From the NCBI GenBank assembly GCA_965215185.1, contig OZ244034.1:1792001-1856000 (forward strand): 64,000 nt of DNA, read 5' to 3'. The translations under genes and the position numbers were made by a program. Below, one piece after another: positions 43,146 to 52,401 of this stretch. The DNA is from Acidimicrobiia bacterium. GTDB taxonomy: Bacteria > Actinomycetota > Acidimicrobiia > Spongiisociales > ZC4RG35. Every line of letters starts with the position of its first letter. The first letter of the stretch is position 1. The notes below the pieces were generated by a model. It saw only the letters and a list, made by a program, of their open reading frames with translations, had not been told where the DNA came from and made no database searches.

Positions 43146-43784
43146 ATGTTTACGCCCGGAAGGAAGTACTCACGGTCCGATGTGAGTAATCTGCTAGGTC
43201 TCGGACGGAAAGCCAAGGGTGGGATCTGGGTTTCGGGGATTCGAGAGCACAAAAACGAGTTTTTCATCTTCACAAATGTGGGAACGTCAGGCACCATCGG
43301 TGAAGACTTTGGTAACCGGTGGGAGGGTAGGGTCCTGCGGTGGTACCACAAGAAAGTCTCCCATCTCGGCTGGCCTAGTGTCCAGAGGCTCCTTGATACC
43401 GGACGGGCGCATGTGTTTTGGCGTTCGTCCACCCGGAACCTGTTCGAATACGCAGGTTACGGTAGGAAAGTACAGGTTGTTGGGACTTCTCCGGTTGAGA
43501 TTCTTTGGTCGTTCGAAGACTCGACTCCTGAGCCCGCGCTCCATGAGGGACAGGGAGCAGTTGACCAAGAAACGCAAAACACTGGCCTTCCATCCGCGTT
43601 CACAGTAGGCAGTCGGGCCCGTCATCCAAGGTTGGGAGTGGGTCGGGTTCTTGAAATCTCGGGTATTGGTTTGGGGGCCTCAGCCCTTTTGTTTGTGGCC
43701 GGTTTGGGGGAGAAGCATGAAGTGCCGCTGTCTGAGTTGGAAAGGGTGGCAGGATTCTGTGGGGACGACAGGAAGACACCCTGA
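43146..43784 (+). CDS. DUF3427/SRA-like domain fused to a PcrA/UvrD C-terminal Tudor-like domain (inferred)
   Basis: GRKYSRSDV...GGIWVSG...NRWEG..LRWY...HVFWR...FEYAG; C-terminal VGSRARHPRLGVGRVLEISG. Confidence 0.55.
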   Translation: MFTPGRKYSRSDVSNLLGLGRKAKGGIWVSGIREHKNEFFIFTNVGTSGTIGEDFGNRWEGRVLRWYHKKVSHLGWPSVQRLLDTGRAHVFWRSSTRNLFEYAGYGRKVQVVGTSPVEILWSFEDSTPEPALHEGQGAVDQETQNTGLPSAFTVGSRARHPRLGVGRVLEISGIGLGASALLFVAGLGEKHEVPLSELERVAGFCGDDRKTP

Positions 43785-44214
43785 TGGAGAGACGGCCGTG
43801 TCGGTGGGCACTGTGCTGCAATAGATCGACTTACAGAGGAATGCTCGTTACAAACTCGAGTTGACTTTTGACGCCAACCGACCTTGGGGGACAAGATCAA
43901 AAGAGTCTCTCATCCAAAAACGTGCCGTGGGGCTAACTCCCTTCTAGGTTTGGGGTGACTCCCCGTTCGGTGGAGCGCGTGATCTCCCAACGAGCAGAGG
44001 CGGCGGGTTTGAAGTTCCGGCCACTCACTACGAACGAGTAGGCATGGCCCAGGAACTGGCCGCTTCGGGCGCAGACTTTCCGGAATTATGTCAGGCTGGC
44101 CGGTGGCAATTCCCAACAATGGCCATCCGCTACACACGCTCCCAGGCGGCCGACCGGGGAGCAGTGGCCCGCTACTACCGCCACTCCTGAAAACCCTGAA
44201 AAGGCTCGTTAACG
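43759..44214 (+). repeat. ~450-bp module, inverted copy of 35626-36061, including decayed recombinase 3' fragment
   Basis: GMAQELAASGADFPELCQAGRWQFPTMAIRYTRSQAADRGAVARYY. Confidence 0.85.
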
Positions 44215-44229
44215 GCATTTATGATAAAA
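44202..44229. other. dif-like 11-6-11 site sharing a 16-bp core with 34486-34501
   Basis: AGGCTCGTTAA-CGGCAT-TTATGATAAAA. Confidence 0.55.
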
Positions 44230-44262
44230 TATAAGCACTATATTTCCCGATCGTCTGTCTGC

Positions 44263-44540
44263 ATGCACAAGACCTCAGCAGACATTCTTCTTCCAGTTCA
44301 TGGCTGGAAACGGTTACTGGAAGCCCTTCCGAAGAAGCCGCGTTCTCAGCACCACCTAGACATATCGAACCAACCTTTCCGCCCGGGCCACGCACACGCC
44401 AATGAGAGTGGCGCGGCAGTCCGGCCCGCACATCGCAAGACCGACCTGGAAGACCCCGCTACCACCGAATTTGTGCGCCGGGGTGCTGTCAAAGTCTGGG
44501 CCGAGAATCCACCAGGAAGGGAACCCTCCCAAAAGGTGTC
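44263..44540 (+). pseudogene. Decayed, internally deleted 5' copy of the 44587 recombinase
   Basis: DILLPVHGWKRLLEA vs DIHIPIKGWERVLDA; AVRPAH joined to RKTDLEDPATTEFVRR. Confidence 0.75.
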
Positions 44541-44586
44541 ATACCCCCCGTCATCAGATTCTTATGAAGGTGGTTGAAAGGAACAC

Positions 44587-45676
44587 ATGACCGCCACCCC
44601 TCCTGATCACCTCCCTGCGAACAGGAAACCGTTGGACATCCACATACCCATCAAGGGCTGGGAACGGGTGTTAGATGCAGCTCAGAAGAGCCGCGCTCAC
44701 AGCACTACGAAGACATATCGCACCTACCTTTCCGCTTGGGCCGAACATGCCAAAAAGCGAGGGGTGGCGGTCCGCCCCGCTCATCCCGCCGCGGTGGCCG
44801 AGTGGCTCACCACCATGGCCGACGAAGGCAAAGCGATGAGCACCCTGCAGGTGGCGAGAGCCGCGTTGGCGGCCGCCCATCGAGAGGCAGGCCTGGAAGA
44901 TCCCACCACCAGCGAACTGGTCCGGCGGGTGCTGTCGGGCCTGGCCAGAGAAGCCGCCCGAATGGGAAAGCGCCCCACTCAAGTGAAAGGGCTGACCGCC
45001 GACGACTTACGGCGCGTCCTCGCCCATTTCAATGCTCCGGGAACTCCCCTACCCACGCGGGCTGTTGTGAGAGACATCGCTTTGATCCAGGTGATGAGAG
45101 ACGCCTTGTTGAGACGCGGCGAAGCCGCCGAACTGGTTTGGGGCGACGTCTCCCGCGCCTCTGACGGGTCGGGGCGGCTGGTGATCCGTCACAGCAAGAC
45201 CGACCAGGAGGGAAAAGGGAGCCGTCATGTACCTGGGACATGACACGATGGCGGCTTTGGACCGGATCCGTCCCGCCGACGATTCGCCGCAGGCGTCGGT
45301 GTTCCAGATCACCGGACCATACATGTCCATTCGAATCGCGGCACTGGCCAAAAAGGCAGGTCTGGGTCCGGGATACAGCGGCCACAGCTGCCGGATCGGA
45401 ATGGCTCAGGACCTGGCCGCGGAGGGTTACAGCCTGGCGCAGTTGATGACCGCCGGGCGGTGGACCAATCCCGCCATGCCCGCTCGCTACACCCGCAACC
45501 AGACCGCCGCTCGAAACGCCGTCGCCCAGTACTACCGGCAACTCGGCCTGTTCAACAAAGATGCCCCGGTGAACGAAGGTGGGACCAAGCAGCAATGGTT
45601 CACGGACCACCCGAATCCTGTTCAGCCAACTGCCGGTTCTGCGAAACCCGCCTCTGAACAAAGATATGCTGGTTGA
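44587..45676 (+). CDS. Second Cre-like tyrosine recombinase, frameshift near 45222
   Basis: DALLRRGE, HSKTDQEG in frame 1; SGHSCRIG, AGRW, ARYTR in frame 2. Confidence 0.85.
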
Positions 45677-45762
45677 CCTCTAAATTGCTATCTGGTCGGC
45701 TAGGGTAAAGATCACGCTAAATCACTTGACAAAAGACCCTTAGTGAGGAGGTAGAGACAAGT

Positions 45763-46629
45763 ATGTATCCACCGGTATTTGAGTACCAGGCGCCCGACAC
45801 CTTGGAAGGTGCCCTGGCGGCATTGGCCGAGTTGGGAGACGACGGAAGAGTGCTGGCCGGAGGGCAGAGTCTCATCCCCATGATGAAGCTTCGCCTGGCC
45901 GCGCCCGCCCATCTGGTTGATATCAACCGGATCGGGAGCCTCTCCTATGTGAACCGTGACAACGGGACCCTTCGCATTGGCGCTCTGGCCCGCCACAACG
46001 ACATGGTCCGATCCGCTGACGCCGGATCGGTGGGGGTGGTGGCGTCGGCCGCTCCCTGGATCTCCGATCCGCTGGTGCGCAACCGCGGCACGGTGTGCGG
46101 CTCGGTGGCCCACTGCGATCCGGAAGGAGACTGGAATTCGGTGATGCTGGCCGCCCGCGCGCAAGTCGTCGCCCAGAGTTCCTCGGGAAGCCGCACCATT
46201 CCCATCGACGAATTCATCGTGACCTACTTCACCAACGCTCTTCAGCCCGGTGAGATGGTCACCGAAGTGCGGGTACCGGTGCCCTCTGGCGCCTCGGGTG
46301 GGGCGTATCTGAAACTGGAGCGCAAGGTCGGCGACTACGCCACCGTGGGAGTCGCCGTGCAGTTGGAGTTGGGAAGCGATGGGCGCATCGCCCAGGCCGG
46401 GATCGGCCTCACCGCCGTCAACTACCAGAACACCCGAGCCTCGGCCGCCGAGGACATGCTGCGAGACCAGATGCCGTCCGACGAGTTGTTCGCCGAGGCC
46501 GCTGAGGCCACTGCCGCCGCATCGGATCCCGACACCGACGTTCGGGGAGCCGCCGATTGGAAGCGCAACGTGGTGGCGGTCTACACCCGCCGGGGATTGG
46601 CCCAGGCCCTTGCGTCGGCCGGAAGTTGA
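45763..46629 (+). CDS. coxM: Aerobic CO dehydrogenase FAD subunit
   Basis: AGGQSLIPMMKLR, RNRGTVCGS, KLERKVGDYA. Confidence 0.9.
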   Translation: MYPPVFEYQAPDTLEGALAALAELGDDGRVLAGGQSLIPMMKLRLAAPAHLVDINRIGSLSYVNRDNGTLRIGALARHNDMVRSADAGSVGVVASAAPWISDPLVRNRGTVCGSVAHCDPEGDWNSVMLAARAQVVAQSSSGSRTIPIDEFIVTYFTNALQPGEMVTEVRVPVPSGASGGAYLKLERKVGDYATVGVAVQLELGSDGRIAQAGIGLTAVNYQNTRASAAEDMLRDQMPSDELFAEAAEATAAASDPDTDVRGAADWKRNVVAVYTRRGLAQALASAGS

Positions 46630-46642
46630 GGAGTAAATAACC

Positions 46643-47122
46643 ATGCAAATCACCATCAACGTCAACGGAACCGACCACACCGTGGATGTGGAACCCCGAC
46701 GGCTCCTGGTCGACGCCATCCGCTCGGATCTGGGCCTGACCGGAACCCACATCGGCTGCGACACCACCAGTTGCGGCGCCTGCACGGTGCTGGTGGACGG
46801 GGTGCCCGTCAAGTCTTGCACCATGTTCGCGGTGCAGGCCGACGGTTCGTCTGTCACCACCGTGGAAGGGCTCAAGCAGGGCGCCGAATTGAGCAACGTC
46901 CAGAAGGGTTTCCACACCGAGCACGGTCTGCAGTGCGGATTCTGCACGCCCGGGATGATGCTGGTCTCCACCGCTTTGCTGGAGGACAATCCCAGCCCCA
47001 CCGAGGATGAGATACGCTGGGCGCTTTCGGGCAACCTCTGCCGATGCACCGGATATGTAAACATCGTCAAAGCCGTGCAATGGGCGGCGGCCGCCGGCCA
47101 AAACGGCGGGGAGGAAGGCTAG
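46643..47122 (+). CDS. coxS: Aerobic CO dehydrogenase 2Fe-2S subunit
   Basis: [27 protein letters not shown]. Confidence 0.92.
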   Translation: MQITINVNGTDHTVDVEPRRLLVDAIRSDLGLTGTHIGCDTTSCGACTVLVDGVPVKSCTMFAVQADGSSVTTVEGLKQGAELSNVQKGFHTEHGLQCGFCTPGMMLVSTALLEDNPSPTEDEIRWALSGNLCRCTGYVNIVKAVQWAAAAGQNGGEEG

Positions 47123-47124
47123 AC

Positions 47125-49488
47125 ATGCAGACCACAACCCATCATCAACCCGCCACTTCAGCTGCGATCGGGGGAGTTGGACACTCCGTCCCTCGGATGG
47201 AGGACGCCCGCTTCCTGCAGGGGCGGGGCAACTATCTGGACGACATCAACCTGCCCGGGATGCTCCACATGGCCATCCTGCGCAGCCCCGTGGCCCACGC
47301 CAACCTGGTCAGCATCGACTCGTCGGCGGCCATGGAGGTGCCCGGGGTGCTGGCGGTGGTGACCGGCGAACTGATGGCCGCCCACAACCTGGCGTGGATG
47401 CCCACCCTGTCGGGCGACACCCAGGCGGTGCTCGCCACCGACAAGGTGCGCTATCAGGGCCAGGAGGTGGCGGCGGTGATCGCCACCGACCGCTACATCG
47501 CCGAGGACGCGCTGCGTCTGATCGACGTGGACTATGAGGAACTGGAGCCGATTACCAGCCCACAGCGGGCCATGGAGGCCGACGCTCCGATAATCCGCAC
47601 CGACAAGGAAGGCAAGACCGACAACGAGTCGTTCACCTGGGAGACAGGCGACCAGGCCGCCACCGAAGCGGCGTTCGCCCGAGCGGCGAAGGTGGTCTCC
47701 TTGGAGACGCATTATCCGCGTTCGCACCCCTCTCCTTTGGAGACGTGCGGGATCGTGGCGGATGTCAACCCGGCCACCGGCAAAGTCATCATCTACATGA
47801 CGTCGCAGGCGCCCCATGCTCACCGGACGCTGTTCGCTTTGGTGGCGGGCTTGCCTGAGCAGAACATTCGGATCATCTCCCCCGACATCGGGGGTGGCTT
47901 CGGCAACAAGGTGCCCATCTATCCCGGATATGTGGTTGCCACCGCCGCCTCGCTTCTGATCGGACTGCCGGTCAAGTGGGTGGAGAGCCGCACCGAGAAC
48001 CTGATCTCGACCGGGTTCGGCCGCGACTACTACATGAAGGGGTCATTGGCTCTGGACGAGAACGGCAGGATCCTGGGTCTGAAGACCGATCTTCTGGCCG
48101 ACCAGGGAGCGTTCTACTCCGACGCGCAGCCCACCAAATTCCGGGCGGGCCTGTTCCATATCGTCACCGGATCCTACGACTTTGGCGCCGCACACGTGAC
48201 GGCCAAGGGAGCGTACACCAACAAGGCGCCGGGAGGAGTGGCCTATCGCTGCTCGTTCCGGGTGACCGAGGCCTCCTATCTGATCGAACGGCTGGTGCAG
48301 AACGCCGCCTATGAGATCGGGATGGACCCGGCCGAGTTCCGGCGGATGAACTTCATCCAGCCCGAGCAGTTTCCCTACACCTCCCCCACCGGGTTCGTCT
48401 ACGACTCCGGTGACTACGAGACGGCCATGCAGATGGCCATGGACATGATCGGTTACGACGAGCTTCGCGCCGAGCAGGCCGCGGCGCGCGCCGAAGGGCG
48501 GCTGGTCGGGATCGGGATGGCCAGCTTCACCGAGGTGGTGGGGGCCGGTCCGGCTCACACCTACGACATTGCGGGGCTGAAGATGTTCGACTCGGCCGAG
48601 TTGCGGGTGCATCCCACCGGCAAGGCCATTCTGAAACTGGGCGTGAAGACCCAGGGGCAGGGACACGAGACCAGCTTCGCCCAGATCGTCGCCGAGGAGT
48701 TGGGGATTCCCGCCACCGACATCGCCGTCATGCACGGCGACACCGACAACACGCCCTATGGGTTGGGCACCTACGCCTCCCGTTCCATACCGGTGGGGGG
48801 CGCGGCCACCGCCATGGTCTCCCGAAAGCTGCGGGACAAGGCGCGCAAGATCGCCGCTCATCTCCTGGAAGCCTCACCCGAGGACCTGGAATGGGAACCG
48901 GGGAAATTCTCGGTGAAGGGATCGCCCGATTCGAGCGTCACCATCCAGGACATCGCGTTCGCGGCCTACACCAACCATCCCGAGGACGAGGAAGCCGGTC
49001 TGGAAGGCGTTCACTACTACAACCCGCCCAACATGACCTATCCGTTCGGGACCTACATCGTGGTGGTGGACCTGGATCCCGAAACGGGAGTGTGGAAAGT
49101 GCGGCGGATGGTGGCGGTGGACGACTGCGGCGTGCGGATCAATCCCATGATCGTGGACGGCCAGATCCACGGCGGGCTCACCGAGGGCTTCGCCAAGGCC
49201 AACATGCAGTGGATCACTTTCGACGACGACGGCAACTGCATCGGGTCCAACTTCATGGACTACCTGGTACCCACCTCCTGGGAGACTCCGCGCTTCGAGC
49301 TGGGTGAGACGGTGACCCCTTCTCCCCATCACCCGATCGGCGCCAAGGGCGTGGGAGAGTCGGCCACGGTCGGCTCGCCGGCCGCCTTCGTCAACGCGGT
49401 GATCGACGCGGTGGCGCATCTGGGAATCAGCAACATCGACATGCCGGTGCTTCCCGACCGTGTCTGGAAGGCCATCAAAAACGCCTGA
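47125..49488 (+). CDS. coxL: Aerobic CO dehydrogenase large subunit, form I
   Basis: AYRCSFR active-site motif; coxMSL order. Confidence 0.95.
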   Translation: MQTTTHHQPATSAAIGGVGHSVPRMEDARFLQGRGNYLDDINLPGMLHMAILRSPVAHANLVSIDSSAAMEVPGVLAVVTGELMAAHNLAWMPTLSGDTQAVLATDKVRYQGQEVAAVIATDRYIAEDALRLIDVDYEELEPITSPQRAMEADAPIIRTDKEGKTDNESFTWETGDQAATEAAFARAAKVVSLETHYPRSHPSPLETCGIVADVNPATGKVIIYMTSQAPHAHRTLFALVAGLPEQNIRIISPDIGGGFGNKVPIYPGYVVATAASLLIGLPVKWVESRTENLISTGFGRDYYMKGSLALDENGRILGLKTDLLADQGAFYSDAQPTKFRAGLFHIVTGSYDFGAAHVTAKGAYTNKAPGGVAYRCSFRVTEASYLIERLVQNAAYEIGMDPAEFRRMNFIQPEQFPYTSPTGFVYDSGDYETAMQMAMDMIGYDELRAEQAAARAEGRLVGIGMASFTEVVGAGPAHTYDIAGLKMFDSAELRVHPTGKAILKLGVKTQGQGHETSFAQIVAEELGIPATDIAVMHGDTDNTPYGLGTYASRSIPVGGAATAMVSRKLRDKARKIAAHLLEASPEDLEWEPGKFSVKGSPDSSVTIQDIAFAAYTNHPEDEEAGLEGVHYYNPPNMTYPFGTYIVVVDLDPETGVWKVRRMVAVDDCGVRINPMIVDGQIHGGLTEGFAKANMQWITFDDDGNCIGSNFMDYLVPTSWETPRFELGETVTPSPHHPIGAKGVGESATVGSPAAFVNAVIDAVAHLGISNIDMPVLPDRVWKAIKNA

Positions 49489-49522
49489 GTGCATTGGTCC
49501 AGCATCTCGTCCATATCCTGCC

Positions 49523-50569
49523 ATGATGGACGAGATGCTGGACCAAGCCGTGGGGTTGCGCTCCCGGGGGGAACCGTTCGTGCTGGCCACCGTGGTGTGG
49601 AGCTCAGGGCTGTCATCGGGCAAACAGGGGTCTCGGGCGATCATCGCCGCGGACGGACGGATGCGAGGATGGCTGGGCGGCGCCTGCGCGGCGCCCACCT
49701 TGACCCGGGTGGCCCGAGACGTGCTGTCCGAAGGTCGGGCGCGTCTGGTGGTGCTGGGCCCCGACCACGGACTGGCCGGAGGCCAACGGGAGGGAGTGGA
49801 GACAGTGCCCATGGCCTGTGACAGCGAGGGGACCATGGAGGTGTACCTGGAGCCGGTGTTCCCCGCTCCACATCTGGTGGTGATGGGCAACTCTCCGGCG
49901 GTGCGGACGCTGACCGCCATGGCCCGCTCACTGGGGTGGCGCACCTGCGTGGTGGACGACGGAGGTGCAAAGGACGACCATGAACCTTCCGATCGGGTGG
50001 TTCTTTCCCTGGATTTGGAGGAGGTGGGGGTCGATCGCCAGACCATGGTGGTGGTGGCCACTCAGGGTCACTACGACGAGGAGGCCCTGGCCACGGCTCT
50101 GGCCACTCCGGCTCGCTATGTGGGTTTGGTGGCGTCTCGGAAACGTTGCGCGGCGGTGGTGTCCTATCTGCGTGATAGAGGGGTGGGCGAGGCGGACCTG
50201 GCCCGGGTGAGGGCGCCGGCCGGATTGGATTTGGGCAGCATCGGACATCGGGAGATGGCGGTGAGCATCCTGGCCGAACTGGTGGCCTTGCGGGCGTCTG
50301 CGCCGCGGGTCACCCAAGCGCCGGCCTCGGGGAGCGCCGGCGAGTCGACTTCGACTGCAAAGGGCTCTCATGCCTCCTGCTCGGGCGGCTCGCAGATGGA
50401 GGGAGCAGCGGAAAAGGAAGTGACCGATCCGGTGTGCGCGATGATGGTGATCCCCTCGCGGGCTCGCTTTTCGGCCGACCATGGCGGCCAGCGCTATTGG
50501 TTCTGCGCGGCGGGTTGTGAAACGGCCTTCCGCAAAGACCCCGACCGTTATCTGAGCTCTGGGACGTGA
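49523..50569 (+). CDS. XdhC/CoxF accessory protein with C-terminal YHS domain
   Basis: GWLGGAC, MACDSEG, YVGLVASRKR, APAGLDLG; DPVCAM...YWFCAAGC. Confidence 0.85.
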   Translation: MMDEMLDQAVGLRSRGEPFVLATVVWSSGLSSGKQGSRAIIAADGRMRGWLGGACAAPTLTRVARDVLSEGRARLVVLGPDHGLAGGQREGVETVPMACDSEGTMEVYLEPVFPAPHLVVMGNSPAVRTLTAMARSLGWRTCVVDDGGAKDDHEPSDRVVLSLDLEEVGVDRQTMVVVATQGHYDEEALATALATPARYVGLVASRKRCAAVVSYLRDRGVGEADLARVRAPAGLDLGSIGHREMAVSILAELVALRASAPRVTQAPASGSAGESTSTAKGSHASCSGGSQMEGAAEKEVTDPVCAMMVIPSRARFSADHGGQRYWFCAAGCETAFRKDPDRYLSSGT

Positions 50570-51354
50570 ATGAGCCGTCTTCTCTGATTTCCCGAGCGGC
50601 CGATGCGTTGGCCGACTCCTCTCAGATCATGGTGTTCACGGGAGCGGGGGTCTCCACCGAGTCGGGGATTCCCGATTTTCGGGGTCCGGACGGGCTGTGG
50701 ACCAAGTTGGATCCCGAGGACTTCCACATCGATCGTTACATGTCGAGCGCCCGGGTGCGGGTGATGCGCTGGCGGCTGCACCAACAGGGCGAGCTGTTGG
50801 GCTCGGGCACCCAGGTGAAACCCAACTCCGCCCATCTGGCCATTGTGGATTTGTGGAAGGCGGGCCGGATTTCGGGGTGCGTGACCCAGAACATCGACGG
50901 GCTTCATCAGGAGGCCGGCCTCCCCGACGACCTGGTCTCCGAGCTGCATGGCAATGTCCGCAAGACCCGTTGCATGAGTTGTCCGGCCCACTGGCCGACC
51001 GCCGAGGTGATCGGGTGGGTGGACGCCGGGCAAGAGGAACCCCGGTGTACCCAATGCGGGGGCATAGTGAAAACCGCCACCGTCTCGTTCGGGCAGATGC
51101 TGCCGGAAAAAGAAATACAAAAGGCCCGGTTCTTTTCGGCGCTGGCCGACGGGGTGCTGGTGATCGGCTCGACTCTGTCGGTCTATCCGGCGGCGGAGTT
51201 CCCCGCTTCGGCGGCCCGCAGCGGCATACCGATGGTGATCGTCAACCTGGGCCCCACCGACCACGACCGCCTGGCGGCTGTGAAGATCTCACTGCCCGCC
51301 GGCGAGGCGGTACCCGCTCTGGTGGCCGCTTTGAGCGCCGGGGCCGTTGGATAG
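50566..51354 (+). CDS. cobB: Sir2 family NAD-dependent deacylase
   Basis: GAGVSTESGIPDFRG, TQNIDGLH, ELHG, CxxC pairs. Confidence 0.9.
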   Translation: MNEPSSLISRAADALADSSQIMVFTGAGVSTESGIPDFRGPDGLWTKLDPEDFHIDRYMSSARVRVMRWRLHQQGELLGSGTQVKPNSAHLAIVDLWKAGRISGCVTQNIDGLHQEAGLPDDLVSELHGNVRKTRCMSCPAHWPTAEVIGWVDAGQEEPRCTQCGGIVKTATVSFGQMLPEKEIQKARFFSALADGVLVIGSTLSVYPAAEFPASAARSGIPMVIVNLGPTDHDRLAAVKISLPAGEAVPALVAALSAGAVG

Positions 51355-51476
51355 AGGCTCGATCCAGCCTGCGTTGGCACAGCCCCGACACTGGGCGAGC
51401 GGACCCGGGGATGTACATACACTTCTAGATCAACGGACTTCCGGCAGGCAACCGCAGAAAATAGGAGGTAACCCCA

Positions 51477-51986
51477 ATGGATACCGATATGTGGATCACC
51501 GTGGCCGGCATGGGGATCGGGATGGTCGTTTTACTCATCGTGGCGATTATCGCCTTTATGGCTTACCGGAATATGCGGCGGCAGCGAGACCAGGTGCTAA
51601 GGAAACTGGGCGAGGCGCATACCGAGACGAACCAAGCGCGTCGAGAAAGAGACGAGGCCCGCAAGCATTTGGATGAAGCGCGAGCCGAGTTGGCGGAGGC
51701 TCGCAGGGAGTTGGAGGATTCACACCGAGACTGGCATGGAGCCACCCGGCAACTCACCGCCCGACTGAAAGAACACGGAACGAAGATGTCAGAACTCCTC
51801 AAAGTGATGAAGATCAGGAACGAAGACCGCCAGACCCATCAAGAGATGGTGGCGGGATACCGGAAAATGGCTGATCAGGGGTTCGGCGTGCTAAAACGTC
51901 TGGTTGAACGCCAGCGGAATCGAATCACTGGGGACGCCGAGGAGCAGGAAGAGGAAGAGGAAGAGGAAACCCTTCCAGCCGAGTAA
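51477..51986 (+). CDS. N-terminal TM + coiled-coil protein (paralog of 57905-58462)
   Basis: AGGAGG RBS; AYRNMRRQRD, RDWH motifs. Confidence 0.75.
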   Translation: MDTDMWITVAGMGIGMVVLLIVAIIAFMAYRNMRRQRDQVLRKLGEAHTETNQARRERDEARKHLDEARAELAEARRELEDSHRDWHGATRQLTARLKEHGTKMSELLKVMKIRNEDRQTHQEMVAGYRKMADQGFGVLKRLVERQRNRITGDAEEQEEEEEEETLPAE

Positions 51987-51989
51987 CCG

Positions 51990-52300
51990 CTACCGGCGCC
52001 GGTCCAGAGCGCCGGTCGACAGCGCCGAGCAGTGACGTATGGAGTCTCTCTTGTAGCGGTCCCAGATCCAAGAAGGCATGTTCAAATCCGCCCGGCCGCC
52101 CAGAATCCGCCCGATGTCGTACTCGAGTTCGACCATGTCCCGCACTTGGCGCCTGCGATGCAGATTCGGATTCATCTCGACCAGGAAATCAGTCTTGCTG
52201 CGCAGACCTTGGGCTCCGGGTTCCATGGCCTCGATGGCGACCTCTACTGCAAGCCGGCGCAGATTGTCGCCGGTACCGGAGTCCGCCGTGCCCGGTCGGA
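51990..52300 (-). pseudogene. Degenerate minimal nucleotidyltransferase-like remnant
   Basis: TDFLVEM...MVELEYDIGRILGGRADL; no GS..DxD motif. Confidence 0.4.
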
Positions 52301-52401
52301 CCCATCATGTGTCCCGCTGGCTCCGAGTCCCCTTGGATTGTTTAGGGACTTATATACCTGGGTAGACAAAGGTGTCACACCCGTTCGGTATTCTGGTTTG
52401 T

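Noticed and set aside
44202-44229. The chromosomal dif site
   Set aside because: Only one arm resembles dif and the core is duplicated at 34.5 kb; cannot be supported without whole-genome skew.
30160-45676. Prophage or ICE
   Set aside because: No structural, replication or conjugation genes.
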